The notes: generated by a model not told the origin, from the letters alone. 64,000 nt of DNA from an uncultured Ruminococcus sp. (GCA_964621165.1 CAZULC010000003.1:30633-94632); one strand, 5' to 3'; positions 48,075 through 57,780 are shown, counted from the first letter of the stretch. Program-made: numbers and translations.

Positions 48075-49858
48075 ATGACTGAAATAAAGAAGCAAATCAA
48101 ATACGTCATTCAGGCGACAAAGCTGATTTATATGGCGTCGGGGAAATATTACATATGGATTTTTCTCCTGAGTCTGCGCCTGTCCGTTCTGCCGTATGTA
48201 CCGATGTTTTTATGACGTTCCCTATTGAATGCTTTGACGGCGGAAAGTAAAGACAGTCATGCAGTGGTATTTTTCATAGGATGCTACTGCCTCAGTGTTT
48301 TTCTGTCGGGACTATTCAACCGTATCTATAGAATAGTTTCCTACCAATATAACGACAGAGTGGACTATTATATAGATAATCTTCTGATTGAAAAGATTGC
48401 GGGGGCGGATATTTCCTTCTTTGACAGCAGTGAAATTGCGGACAAGCTCAGGAATGCCTCCAACTATATGCGCGGCACAACAAAATCAATCGTCATGTTT
48501 ATATTCTACATAATGCAGAGCTTCCTCAGAATTGCGGTTTCCGTTTTGATTATGATAGAACTGGATTATAAAGTCCTGCCGCTCATTCTTCTGTTTAGAG
48601 TGGTTCCGATATTGACGCAGAAAAAGAACAGGGAGGAGCAGTACAATTTTAATAAAGAGCAGTTAATGAGACAGAGAAAAATGGATTACATAAAAGAACT
48701 GTTTTTCAGTGGCGCAAAATATGAGCTTCGTCTGTATGTATGAGTTTAAGGATTTTTTACTCGGAAAATATAAAAATGAATGGGATGAGTATTATTCCCA
48801 AAACAAAAAGCTGCAAATCCGACTCTGAGGGCGTGAATGTGCTTCTGTATTTATGGAAGTTGGTATCGAAGCGATTGCGATTTTCTTCTCGGTGGAAAAA
48901 ATGCTTTCGCAGACGACGACAGGAATCGGCTACGTCACCTATTTTATTTCCACTGTAAATCAAATCAAGACAAATCTGCTCGGACTTTCGAATATTTATA
49001 CGCGCTTTACCCAAGAATGTACACAGCTCGACGATATTATGGACTTCATTTCCTACACCCCGAAAACAGAGATCGGCGGCAGTATGTGTCCGAAGATGAA
49101 TTGTATCCCGAGAACCACATTAAAAAATGTGTCATTCAAATATCCGAATTTCGACGAATATGTTTTGAAAAATTGCAGCTTTACCATAAATCCCAGAGAA
49201 AAAATCGGTCTGGTTGGAAATAACGGCGCCGGAAAAAGTACGATTGTGAAATTGCTGTGCAGATTCTACGATCCGACCGAAGGAGTCATTGAAGTAAATG
49301 GAGGTGACGTCAGGGAATATGAGCTGTCAGCACTGCGGCGGCTGTATGGTGTTGTTTCAGGATTATGTGCGGTACAGCTTTTCCTTGCGGGAAAATATCG
49401 CATTGTCGGATATTGAAAAGAAGGATTGATGACCGGAAGATAAATGCCGCAGTGTCCCGCAGCCATGTGTCCGACTTTGCAGGGGAATGGGATAATGCTA
49501 TGGAAGCATCTGACCCGGCAGTTCGATAAAGAGGGCAAAGAGCTGGCCGGAGGTCAATGGCAGAGTGTTTCTTTGGCGAGAGCGTTTTTCCGTGACGCGC
49601 CGGTTGTACTGCTTGACGAACCATCCGCCGCACTTGACCCCATTGCGGAGTATGAGATTTTTGAAGATTTCGCAAGGCTGTCAAAGGATAAAAGCGCGGT
49701 TTTGATTTCCCACCGGCTGTCGAGCATTACGCTGTGTGACAGGATTTTAGTTTTGTCGGACGGACACATCATCGAGCAGGGTTCCCACGCGGAGCTGATG
49801 AAGCAGAACGGGAGAATACGCTCGACTGTTCAGCCTTCAGGCGAGCAAGTATATGTGA
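48075..49858 (+). pseudogene. ABC exporter, fused permease/ATPase (pair C, gene 2), heavily disrupted
   Basis: ATG 48075 behind AGGAGG. In-frame TGA at 48213-48215 (PMFL*RSLLNALT), frameshifts near 48740, 48840, 49370-49440 and 49815. GNNGAGKST and LLDEPSAALDP are readable. True stop inferred at 49856-49858 (YARLFSLQASKYM*). Confidence 0.75.
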
Positions 49859-49976
49859 GCTTTGGGATTACAATGTGATTGAATCAACGCCTATGTTGAA
49901 ACGCGACTGTTTCCTGTGCCGTGATATACGTCTTATGTAGAGAAAGAAATTCCCGCAGAAGCATACACGTCCCGCG

Positions 49977-50255
49977 TCAATTCATATAAGTCCTCGTCCA
50001 GTTAACGCCCATGACGTCGCACCATTTCCGTATCTCTCTTCTGAGGCAGATTTTACGGTGCCTGTACCAATAATCCTCAAGCTCCAGTCGGCGTACAGTC
50101 TCACGGAAACGCCGGAACGCACCTTTGCCTTGTATCGCGTCAAGTATTTTATCCTGATATGGTTTTGGAAGCGAGTACGCAAAGTTTTCCATCAAATCAT
50201 ACTCGTCAATAAAATTACCATACGGAAGCATTATGACGTCGTCCTGTTCACTCAT
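49977..50255 (-). CDS. UPF0158-like small protein
   Basis: 92 aa. ...ILDAIQGKGAFRRFRETVRRLELEDYWYRH resembles the UPF0158 signature as I recall it. 4-nt overlap with the upstream gene. Confidence 0.55.
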   Translation of the reverse strand: MSEQDDVIMLPYGNFIDEYDLMENFAYSLPKPYQDKILDAIQGKGAFRRFRETVRRLELEDYWYRHRKICLRREIRKWCDVMGVNWTRTYMN

Positions 50256-50701
50256 AAGCTTTTTAATTGAGACAGCTCCTCCTTTTCCGTGTCAAACAGT
50301 TTCCCCTCGTCAATATCTCCGTCTAGACATGCGACGACACTGCGGGAAAAGTACATGATCTCGCCGGTTGATTTTTTGCAGAATCCGAGATTTTCGTTGT
50401 CAGGATGTCCGTCATCAAGCTCGGACGCTTCAAGCATCTTTTCGATAGTGCCAAACCGCAGCTTTGAGTCAAGCTCGTCCAAGTCTGCCGCAATGTAACT
50501 GAACCGGGAAACTTCCTTGCCATCCAAAACGACAGTTTCGTTCCACATGGACAGCGGTCTTGCCCAGCATTGTTTGGTTAATGTATTTTTATAGATAACC
50601 AGCTCTTCCAGCAATTCACTGTGCTTTGCAATCCCTGTAACCTCGTAAATCCCGCCCTTGAAATGACGATATATACCGGTCAACACCTGATTTTCTTCCA
50701 T
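50252..50701 (-). CDS. DUF1653 domain protein with C-terminal extension
   Basis: 149 aa. GIYRHFKGGIYEVTGIAKHSELLEELVIYKN...WARPLSMW is the DUF1653 pattern. Confidence 0.6.
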   Translation of the reverse strand: MEENQVLTGIYRHFKGGIYEVTGIAKHSELLEELVIYKNTLTKQCWARPLSMWNETVVLDGKEVSRFSYIAADLDELDSKLRFGTIEKMLEASELDDGHPDNENLGFCKKSTGEIMYFSRSVVACLDGDIDEGKLFDTEKEELSQLKSL

Positions 50702-50709
50702 ATTTTACC

Positions 50710-52107
50710 TCACAGCATCTTCTCGAGCTTTGGCATCCTGTTTGACCAGCCCATTTCCTTAGCCCACTCGCGCATTTCTTCGGCCTGCTCCTTGTCTTTT
50801 CCGTGAATAGTTCTCAGCATGTCAACAAAACCGCGAATTCCGCCAACGTCGTCAAGCAGTCGAAGTCCTTCCGCGGCAATGCACACGGGAGTATTGCTCT
50901 TGGCCACACTGAAAGGCGGCTCCGTCAGCTCATCAGGAGCTTTTTCGCCTGTTGTAATTGAATAGAAGAATCGAATGCCGCTCTTGTCCTCACCGTCATA
51001 CGCTGTCACAATGCCACCCCACTTGCCGGAATGAGAGCTTTCTTCGTCGAAGCTGTGCACATCCTCGCAGGTCACTTTCACACACCAGCCGTCACCGTAG
51101 TCGTAGTGGTACAGTAATGTATCGGTCAGCGGGGAAATGCCGGGGGTAATAATCGACAGCAGACCCTCAATGACGCTCTCGAGAACTGCAATCACCTCTG
51201 ATTTATGACAGCTTATATTATCGTTTGCCACGTAGTCTAAGCCGAGATAAACGCCGCGTTGTCTGAATGTTTCGGCATTTGTCAGCTCATTTTTACAGTT
51301 CTGTAAACAGTCGAATTTTTCAATCAGCTCATCATATCCCTGACCGCACGAACAGCCGCCGAAAACCTGCTTCTTTGCTTTGATTTCACCCGACATTCTG
51401 TTCAGCCACTCAGCTGTGCCCGGCAGAGATGTTATTGGACGGAGAAGTGCGTCAACAGTCAGACATTCGAGCAGATTGTTACAGTCTTCACCCAAATATA
51501 CCATTTTATTTAAATCTTCAATAGTGGAAATATCGCCGTGAGATTTTCTGAAATCACTTTTTTCAAATTCATCAACGAGCTGTTGGTTCCTGATGTAGGT
51601 GTTGCTTACGCACAAAGGCAAAACTGGACTGCTGTACATTTCTTTGACCCATTCTTTGTATGGCTTCAAACTGTCGTAAATTTCATCGCTGTATCTGTTG
51701 CTGTCGTCATCGTCCTCGGGAAAATGGAACAATAGTCCGCACAGCTCCTCCCACTTTGAAATGTTGCCGCCATCCGTTGCCGACATGAATGAATCATCCA
51801 TGAGGGTGAAGCTGTGAAGGTGAGAATTCTGCCAGCCAAACAGTGTCTGAATCACAAAATGCAGTGATTTGAGCCGCATTGACGAGGGAACGAGAACCTC
51901 ACGCCAGAATCCGGTTTTGACCTTAGCGTATTTTTGCAAAACCGTAAGCTCGTCCTCATCCCATTTTATTTCTTCTCCATCATAATCCGCAAGTTCCAGT
52001 CTCAGCCTTAAAACTGTGGGACAGCGTTTCTTTTCAACCGTTGGAATTGTTGTGCCGCCGTTAACACTTTCTGTGTTAAAATGATTGTCGTTCATTGTAA
52101 AAATCAT
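50710..52107 (-). CDS. pRiA4b ORF-3-like (MM3350 / IS1096 passenger TnpR-like) family protein with large internal insertion
   Basis: 465 aa. The N-part FWREVLVPSSMRLKSLHFVIQTLFGWQNSHLHSF and the C-part YHYDYGDGWCVKVTCE...PVCIAAEGLRLLDDVGGIRGF are the two halves of the PRiA4_ORF3 domain, separated by ~200 aa. Alternative start at 52095. Confidence 0.65.
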   Translation of the reverse strand: MIFTMNDNHFNTESVNGGTTIPTVEKKRCPTVLRLRLELADYDGEEIKWDEDELTVLQKYAKVKTGFWREVLVPSSMRLKSLHFVIQTLFGWQNSHLHSFTLMDDSFMSATDGGNISKWEELCGLLFHFPEDDDDSNRYSDEIYDSLKPYKEWVKEMYSSPVLPLCVSNTYIRNQQLVDEFEKSDFRKSHGDISTIEDLNKMVYLGEDCNNLLECLTVDALLRPITSLPGTAEWLNRMSGEIKAKKQVFGGCSCGQGYDELIEKFDCLQNCKNELTNAETFRQRGVYLGLDYVANDNISCHKSEVIAVLESVIEGLLSIITPGISPLTDTLLYHYDYGDGWCVKVTCEDVHSFDEESSHSGKWGGIVTAYDGEDKSGIRFFYSITTGEKAPDELTEPPFSVAKSNTPVCIAAEGLRLLDDVGGIRGFVDMLRTIHGKDKEQAEEMREWAKEMGWSNRMPKLEKML

Positions 52108-52136
52108 CCAAGTCTTTCCGACCTGTCGTGTTCCTT

Positions 52137-52224
52137 AAAAAATCCAAGTCCCGCGGCAATCCGGTCCCCGCAAGCACTTGTTTTGTTGTAATGACAGTAT
52201 AGCAAAAAAACACGAAATAAGCAA
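52137..52224 (-). promoter_or_regulatory. promoter plus terminator-like hairpin in the 5' leader of the PRiA4-like operon
   Basis: On the minus strand: TTGCTT (52224-52219), 17 nt, TATACT (52201-52196). Then hairpin CAAGTgcttGCGG...CCGCgggACTTG (52180-52145) followed by GATTTTTT (T-run 52142-52137), ~30 nt before the start codon. Confidence 0.5.
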
Positions 52225-52361
52225 TATTTTTTTCGAATATAGCCGTATTTTTGCATTAACACTGTGGGATATACCTATTGAGGAAAACTCGGCCGGCTGC
52301 CATTCGGCGGGAAAGTATATATTTTAACTCGGAAAACTCCAAAAAATTTCCGCAAAACCTA

Positions 52362-52390
52362 TTGACAAAAAAGAACACAAATGTTATAAT
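52362..52390 (+). promoter_or_regulatory. consensus sigma-70 promoter of rpsF-ssb-rpsR
   Basis: TTGACA (52362-52367), 17 nt, TATAAT (52385-52390). Confidence 0.75.
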
Positions 52391-52485
52391 AAACAATTGA
52401 ACGGGCAAATTTAAGATAGTCCGTCTCTCTACCGTCGGAAAAATCAAGCCGGCGGTCTGAAAAGTCCATAGGGAGGTATAAACAA
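52391..52485 (+). promoter_or_regulatory. structured rpsF 5' leader (possible S6:S18 autoregulatory element)
   Basis: Two hairpins: ACGG...CCGT, and ACCGTCGG aaaaatcaag CCGGCGGT (8 bp with one G-U). Position matches known rpsF leaders. I cannot verify the motif by eye. Confidence 0.35.
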
Positions 52486-52827
52486 ATGGAAATCATTAAC
52501 TCTTACGAAACCCTTTTTGTTATTGACTCTGACCTTACCGAAGAAGCAACAAAAGCTCTCGTTGAGAAGTTTACAAAGCTCATCTCCGATAACGGTGAAA
52601 TTGTTGAAGTAAACGAATGGGGCAAGCGCAGACTCGCATACCCGATCAACGACAAACCCGAGGGTTACTACGTACTGATAAACTTCAAGAGCCAGGCAGC
52701 GCTTCCCAGCGAGCTTGAAAGAATTTTCGGTATCACAGAGGGCATCATCCGCTCCATCGTAATTCGTCACGAGGAAAAGAAGTCGTCTAAGAAACCAGAA
52801 GAGAAAGCTGCTGAAGCAGAAGCGTAA
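52486..52827 (+). CDS. rpsF: 30S ribosomal protein S6
   Basis: MEIINSYETLFVIDSDLTEEATKALVEKF...WGKRRLAYPI. Conserved rpsF-ssb-rpsR order. Confidence 0.95.
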   Translation: MEIINSYETLFVIDSDLTEEATKALVEKFTKLISDNGEIVEVNEWGKRRLAYPINDKPEGYYVLINFKSQAALPSELERIFGITEGIIRSIVIRHEEKKSSKKPEEKAAEAEA

Positions 52828-52884
52828 AGCCGCTAAAACACCTGACTGACAAAAATCTGTCAGGGAAGAAAGGCATGGTCAATT

Positions 52885-53394
52885 ATGGCTAACTTTAACT
52901 TTAACAAAGTTATATTGGGTGGACGTTTAACCGCTGACCCGGAACTCAAGACAACCCCCTCCGGCATTTCCGTAACGTCGTTTACAGTTGCCGTGAATAG
53001 AAGGTTCGGCTCAAAGCAGGGCGAGGAAGCACAGGCTGACTTCTTTAACGTAACCGCGTGGAGACAGACCGCGGAGTTCATAACAAGATACTTCCGCAAG
53101 GCAAGCTCCATCTGCGTAGTCGGTACAGTCCAGACAAGGACGTGGATTGACGGACAGGGACAGAAGCGTTTTGCTACGGAAATCGTTGCCGACGAAGCTT
53201 ATTTTGTTGACGCAAAGAGCGAAAGTCCTATCGCGGTTCAGCAGGCTGCGGCAATGTACGCACAGAACCAGGCTCCCACCTACGTTCCCGAAGGATACGG
53301 TAGCTTTAACACTCCTACCCAGAATTCCGGAACCCAGAATCAGAATGCGCCTAAATTTGAAGAAATTTCAGACGATGAGGAATTACCTTTCTGA
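52885..53394 (+). CDS. ssb: single-stranded DNA-binding protein
   Basis: MANFNFNKVILGGRLTADPELKTTPSGISVTSFTVAVNR OB fold. Gln/Asn-rich linker and acidic tail DDEELPF. Confidence 0.95.
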   Translation: MANFNFNKVILGGRLTADPELKTTPSGISVTSFTVAVNRRFGSKQGEEAQADFFNVTAWRQTAEFITRYFRKASSICVVGTVQTRTWIDGQGQKRFATEIVADEAYFVDAKSESPIAVQQAAAMYAQNQAPTYVPEGYGSFNTPTQNSGTQNQNAPKFEEISDDEELPF

Positions 53395-53435
53395 GATACC
53401 AAAGGTAACAATTTTAACAGGAGGATTAAGTAAGA

Positions 53436-53756
53436 ATGGATACAGAAAAGACTGAAGTAGTTGCCGAGGAGACTACCGCTCCCGCCGCAGCTGAAAGAAC
53501 AGAATCCGCACCCCAGCAGAGAATCAACCGTCAGGGCAGAAACAACAGAAGAAAAAAGGTCTGCCTGTTCTGCGCTGAAAATATCGACTACATTGACTAT
53601 AAGGATATTGCAAGACTGAAAAAGTGCATCGCTCCCGAAAGAGGAAAGATTCTCCCCAGAAGAATTTCCGGCTGTTGCGCTAAGCACCAGAGACAGCTCA
53701 CCGTAGCTATCAAGAGAGCACGCCAAATCGCACTTCTCCCCTACATTGCTGACTAA
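53436..53756 (+). CDS. rpsR: 30S ribosomal protein S18 (with ~30-aa N-terminal extension)
   Basis: ...[66 protein letters not shown]. Confidence 0.9.
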   Translation: MDTEKTEVVAEETTAPAAAERTESAPQQRINRQGRNNRRKKVCLFCAENIDYIDYKDIARLKKCIAPERGKILPRRISGCCAKHQRQLTVAIKRARQIALLPYIAD

Positions 53757-53901
53757 GCAGGCATAACTTAAGCGAAAATCTCCGATTGACCGAATCCGTC
53801 ATGGATTTACTCCAACCGGAGTTTTTATTTTGTACGGCTGAAAATCAAAAAAAGCGCCTCCCCGAAGAGAAACGCTTAATTTTGTTATTCTGTCAAATTG
53901 A

Positions 53902-53926
53902 CGTGAGTTGGAAGTGTTCTGTTGGC
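53902..53926. repeat. left arm of a 25-bp imperfect inverted repeat
   Basis: CGTGAGTTGGAAGTGTTCTGTTGGC matches the reverse complement of 54739-54763 at 22/25 positions. Confidence 0.9.
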
Positions 53927-53969
53927 ATGAGTCACTCTAAAATATCAGATCGTTCTGTTTGCAGATATC

Positions 53970-54636
53970 TTACTTATCTTCTACTAAGTTGTTGTGCGGA
54001 ATGTCGCAGGTAAAAATCCCATGAACCTCACAATAATCGCCGACCATCACAGGGTCATAGGGCTTGCTGTCAGAATCATTACTTCCCGCTAAAGCCGGAA
54101 CCGGTGTAGGGTTATCCAATCCAAGTTTTTTTGCCACTCTTGCGCGTAAATCTGGTTATTTCGGTAAAGAACAATATGCGTCATCTTTACCGCTTGTATC
54201 ATCAATGTGGTAATATGCCTCAACATGATAATCATCATTATGCGCTCCTCTTGCGAACCAACCGCAGTCTGTGCAAATATACGCGTTCCAGCACAACTCC
54301 TGAACGGTGCTACAGTCTGATCCATGAAGACGCGGGAAATAACATGATGCGTAATAATCGTCTTCCAAGCAACTCTCACTGTAGCAAAGCGTGGCTTCTT
54401 TACCGCATAAAGGACATTCTACATAATAATAAGATCTATTCAAACCATAACCATGACAAATAGTTGCAGTTCTGCTCAAGATGTTCAGCACAAATATCTG
54501 CTGCGTGAATTGCTTCAGAATAATAGTCAACAGGTTCCGGACTGATATTGTCAGACGCACAAACCAAAATTACTGCTGAAACTGCAACAAGAACTATCGC
54601 TGATATCAATATTGCTGTTTTTTTAGCTTTATTCAT
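53970..54636 (-). pseudogene. membrane-anchored Cys-rich hypothetical protein, disrupted
   Basis: Signal-anchor MNKAKKTAILISAIVLVAVSAVILVCAS (frame 1). The Cys-rich body ...ICHGYGLNRSYYYVECPLCGKEATLCYSESC...CTDCGWFARG is in another frame (shift near 54440-54480). In-frame TAA at 54156-54158, then 61 more sense codons to TAA 53970-53972. Confidence 0.5.
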
Positions 54637-54738
54637 AATTAAACATTAAACCTCTCAATTCTAATATCACTCGTCTGAATACAATAAAAAAATGTGTATA
54701 ATAATCGAAGAACATCCAAAATTTGTTTATTATGATAA

Positions 54739-54763
54739 AGCCAACAGAATCTTTCCAACTCAC
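54739..54763. repeat. right arm of the 25-bp inverted repeat
   Basis: GCCAACAGAATCTTTCCAACTCACG. Its outer 8 nt also pair with CGTGAGTT at 54783-54790 to form a local hairpin just downstream of gap. Confidence 0.9.
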
Positions 54764-54822
54764 GCCAACCCTCTCAGGAATAACGTGAGTTTAAAAACAA
54801 CAGACTAAATCTAACCTAAACC

Positions 54823-55854
54823 TTAGTTCAGCTCAGCGAAGTACTTGATTGTACGAACCATCTGGCTGGTGTAGGAGTTCTCGTTGTCGTACCAGGAAAC
54901 AACCTGAACTTGATATGTGTCGTCATCAATCTTTGTTACCATTGTCTGAGTGGAATCAAACAGTGAGCCGTATCTCATTCCAACAACGTCGGAAGAAACG
55001 ATAAGCTCGTCGTTGTAGCCGAAGGATTCGGAAGCCTGAGCCTTCATAGCGGCGTTGATTGAATCCTTTGTAACGTCCTTGCCCTTAACAACAGCAACGA
55101 GGATTGTGGTGGAACCGGTTGTTACAGGAACTCTCTGAGCGGAGCCGATGAGCTTGCCGTTGAGTTCGGGAATAACAAGTCCGATAGCCTTTGCGGCGCC
55201 GGTGGAGTTGGGAACGATGTTAGCGGCACCTGCTCTTGCACGTCTCAGGTCGCCCTTTCTCTGAGGACCGTCGAGGATCATCTGGTCGCCGGTGTATGCG
55301 TGAACTGTTGTCATGATACCAGAAACGATCGGATAAGCGTCATTCAGAGCCTTAGCCATAGGAGCGAGGCAGTTTGTTGTGCAGGAAGCAGCGGATATGA
55401 TCTGGTCATCGGGTGTAAGAGTCTTCTCGTTTACGGAATAAACGATTGTCTTCAAGTCATTGCCGGCGGGAGCGGAGATAACAACCTTCTTTGCGCCTGC
55501 GGTGATGTGAGCCTGGGACTTTTCCTTGGATGTGTAGAAGCCTGTGCATTCGAGAACTACGTCTACGTCAAGCTTTCCCCAAGGGCAGTCTGCCGCGTTC
55601 TTTTCAGCGTAAATCTTGATTTCCTTGCCGTCAACAACGATGGAATCTTCTGTGGAAGTGACGGTGTGCTTGTTTTCGCCGATCTTGCCGAGGAATGAAC
55701 CCTGAGCTGTGTCGTACTTCAGAAGATGAGCGAGCATTGCGGGGCTGGTAAGGTCGTTGATAGCGACAACCTCGTAGCCTTCAGCGTCGAACATCTGACG
55801 GAAAGCAAGACGACCAATGCGGCCGAAACCGTTAATAGCAACTTTAACTGACAT
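54823..55854 (-). CDS. gap: type I glyceraldehyde-3-phosphate dehydrogenase
   Basis: [15 protein letters not shown], active site SCTTNCLAP. Start at ATG 55854 behind GGAGG (the ORF-track start 55869 is a TTG). Confidence 0.95.
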   Translation of the reverse strand: MSVKVAINGFGRIGRLAFRQMFDAEGYEVVAINDLTSPAMLAHLLKYDTAQGSFLGKIGENKHTVTSTEDSIVVDGKEIKIYAEKNAADCPWGKLDVDVVLECTGFYTSKEKSQAHITAGAKKVVISAPAGNDLKTIVYSVNEKTLTPDDQIISAASCTTNCLAPMAKALNDAYPIVSGIMTTVHAYTGDQMILDGPQRKGDLRRARAGAANIVPNSTGAAKAIGLVIPELNGKLIGSAQRVPVTTGSTTILVAVVKGKDVTKDSINAAMKAQASESFGYNDELIVSSDVVGMRYGSLFDSTQTMVTKIDDDTYQVQVVSWYDNENSYTSQMVRTIKYFAELN

Positions 55855-56041
55855 TTGTGTTTCCTCCAAATATATATGATATTTCTTTGGGACAATATTA
55901 TATTAGATTTCCCTTCGAGTATATATTTTACCTCATTTTTTGGAAATATACAATAGTTTTTAGGAAAGTTTTTTAGATTTTACCATTTATATAAAAAAAT
56001 AACAAAAAATTGTGACAATTCGTTAAAAATGGGGGTAAATA

Positions 56042-56074
56042 AAATACCGACTCTTTGCGTTAGAATCGGTATTT
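56042..56074. terminator. hairpin terminator downstream of the 56120..56914 gene
   Basis: ATACCGA...TCGGTAT inverted repeat flanked by A/T runs. Confidence 0.5.
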
Positions 56075-56119
56075 TACGTTTTCGATTAATCAGTGCGTTA
56101 TCGCTCTAAGTTTGTGGTA

Positions 56120-56914
56120 TTATTCAACGATTTCGCCGCGGGCAATAGCTTCCTTTTCAGCTTCCACCTTAGCTCTGAATTCAGCACGTCTCTTTGCGGA
56201 TTCTTCGGCACGCTTAGCAAGCTCCTTCTGACGTGTTACGATTGCACGGGAGATCTGGTCGCAGTACTTGTCGATGTCGGCGCCGTATGTAACGCAGAGT
56301 TCAAGAGCCTTGCCGCCGTCTGTCTTGATAATCTTGAATACATAATACTTGACCTGAACGGTGCGGTCTTTCTTCTGGTATTCGTAGACCTTTTCCTCGA
56401 TTTCGGCGTGGTCAAGCTCGTTGAATGTGAACTGAGCCGCAATCTCGCTGTCGATGGTCTCGTCTGTCATGGAGAAGCGGCGTCCGTATACGAACATCTT
56501 CTCGCTTGTGAAAATCAGGTTGACGCCGGTGAAGTAGTTGGTTCTGTCAACGCCGTCTTTGCCTTTTTTGTAGTACAGGGGAGTTTCCTTTGCGTCAAAG
56601 TCGTAGCCATTCAGATTGATAGGCTTGAGCATCTTGAGGAAGCTCTTTTCGTAAACTTCAAATTTCTTTTCGCTGAGTTCCTGAAGGTTCTTGATTCTTT
56701 CGGCTATCTGGAAGTCGATGTCACTGTCCGTTGATTTTCCGCCGGAGGTCAGAGCAACCACGAGTGCGCCTACAATAGCGACGACGATACCGTAAAGTCT
56801 GAGGTACCTGACGCCGAGCATAATAAGGCCGACGATGATTACAATCCAGCCGATGAGCGAGGGAATTGAAATCGGCGGAGCTGTGAAATATTTGAGATTG
56901 CGTTTGGTTTCCAT
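56120..56914 (-). CDS. hypothetical two-TM membrane protein with cytoplasmic domain and charged coiled C-terminus
   Basis: METKRN... with two hydrophobic helices (LIGWIVIIVGLIMLGV, IVVAIVGALVVAL), a ~170-aa soluble domain, and a KELAKRAEESAKRRAEFRAKVEAEKEA tail. No family recognised. Confidence 0.6.
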   Translation of the reverse strand: METKRNLKYFTAPPISIPSLIGWIVIIVGLIMLGVRYLRLYGIVVAIVGALVVALTSGGKSTDSDIDFQIAERIKNLQELSEKKFEVYEKSFLKMLKPINLNGYDFDAKETPLYYKKGKDGVDRTNYFTGVNLIFTSEKMFVYGRRFSMTDETIDSEIAAQFTFNELDHAEIEEKVYEYQKKDRTVQVKYYVFKIIKTDGGKALELCVTYGADIDKYCDQISRAIVTRQKELAKRAEESAKRRAEFRAKVEAEKEAIARGEIVE

Positions 56915-57044
56915 AACAACTCTCCATTCAAATAAAATTTTGATGATAACGATAAAACGCACATTATCAATATATGTATAATATCACAAATTTCGGTGAA
57001 TGTCAAGACTATTGGCGGTTATAAATGATAAATAGTTATTTCTG

Positions 57045-57071
57045 CGAAAAAAGCACACCTGAAATTTGTGC
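57045..57071 (-). terminator. rho-independent terminator of the greA-like gene
   Basis: On the minus strand, GCACA aatttcagg TGTGC followed by TTTTTT. Confidence 0.7.
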
Positions 57072-57138
57072 AAAATGACGATGAAATATGCTTCTTCTTC
57101 TCGAATCAAGCATAACCGCGGATTTTTATGCCCTGTTC

Positions 57139-57639
57139 TCAATTGATATTTAGCGAGTCGTCGTCAATGCCCTTTGTGAGTTCGCGAATTGTCACATAAT
57201 ATGAATATTTGTCGTTTACCTTTATCAGCACTCTGTCGCCCTCATGATGACCCAGAAGAGCTTGGCCAAGAGGGGATTCCTTTGAAATTTTGTCGTTTAA
57301 AATGTCGTGGCGCAGGGGAGTTACAATTGTGATTGTCCGTTCCTCTTCGTCATCCTCATACCATAACCTGACGCTGTCGAACAGCCCCACGGTTTCCGCG
57401 TCTGACTCGTAGTTGATAACCACCGCGTTGTCAAGCAGGGACTTGAGGTAGCGGATCCTGGAGTAATTGCGGTTCATGTCACGCTTGGCGCTTCTGTATT
57501 CGTCGTTTTCGGATAAGTCGCCGAATGCCCGGGTCCGCTGAACCTCCGCTATGCACTTAGGCGTCTCCACCTGCTGGCGGTACTGTATTTCTTCCTTGAT
57601 TTTGTTGATCTCAACTTCTGTAAGCTCATGTGAAGGCAT
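57139..57639 (-). CDS. greA: GreA/GreB family transcription elongation factor
   Basis: 166 aa: ...RTRAFGDLSENDEYRSAKRDMNRNYSRIRYLKSLL coiled-coil finger plus C-terminal globular domain. Confidence 0.8.
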   Translation of the reverse strand: MPSHELTEVEINKIKEEIQYRQQVETPKCIAEVQRTRAFGDLSENDEYRSAKRDMNRNYSRIRYLKSLLDNAVVINYESDAETVGLFDSVRLWYEDDEEERTITIVTPLRHDILNDKISKESPLGQALLGHHEGDRVLIKVNDKYSYYVTIRELTKGIDDDSLNIN

Positions 57640-57738
57640 GATTTATTCCTCCCAATCTGTATTGGCTTTGTATCAGATAAATTATATCACCCCGGAGATA
57701 AAAAATCAAGACTGAGCGGAAAAAATTCGCTTTAGCTA

Positions 57739-57767
57739 TTGCATTTTCAAAAAAACCGTGATATAAT
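57739..57767 (+). promoter_or_regulatory. sigma-70 promoter of tRNA-Arg
   Basis: TTGCAT (57739-57744), 17 nt, TATAAT (57762-57767). The tRNA begins 14 nt later. Confidence 0.7.
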
Positions 57768-57780
57768 TATCAAAGCTGAT

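Noticed and set aside
52256-52770. Minus-strand ORFs 52256..52447 and 52444..52770
   Set aside because: They overlap the rpsF promoter/leader and the rpsF coding sequence in antisense, so they are spurious.
53786-54013. 75-aa plus-strand ORF after rpsR
   Set aside because: It spans the rpsR terminator region and the left inverted repeat and is antisense to the extended Cys-rich reading frame. It has no RBS.
55990-56020. Rex or cre operator upstream of gap (TTGTGACAATTCGTTAA)
   Set aside because: Only one half-site (TTGTGA) matches the Rex consensus, and the cre consensus does not fit.
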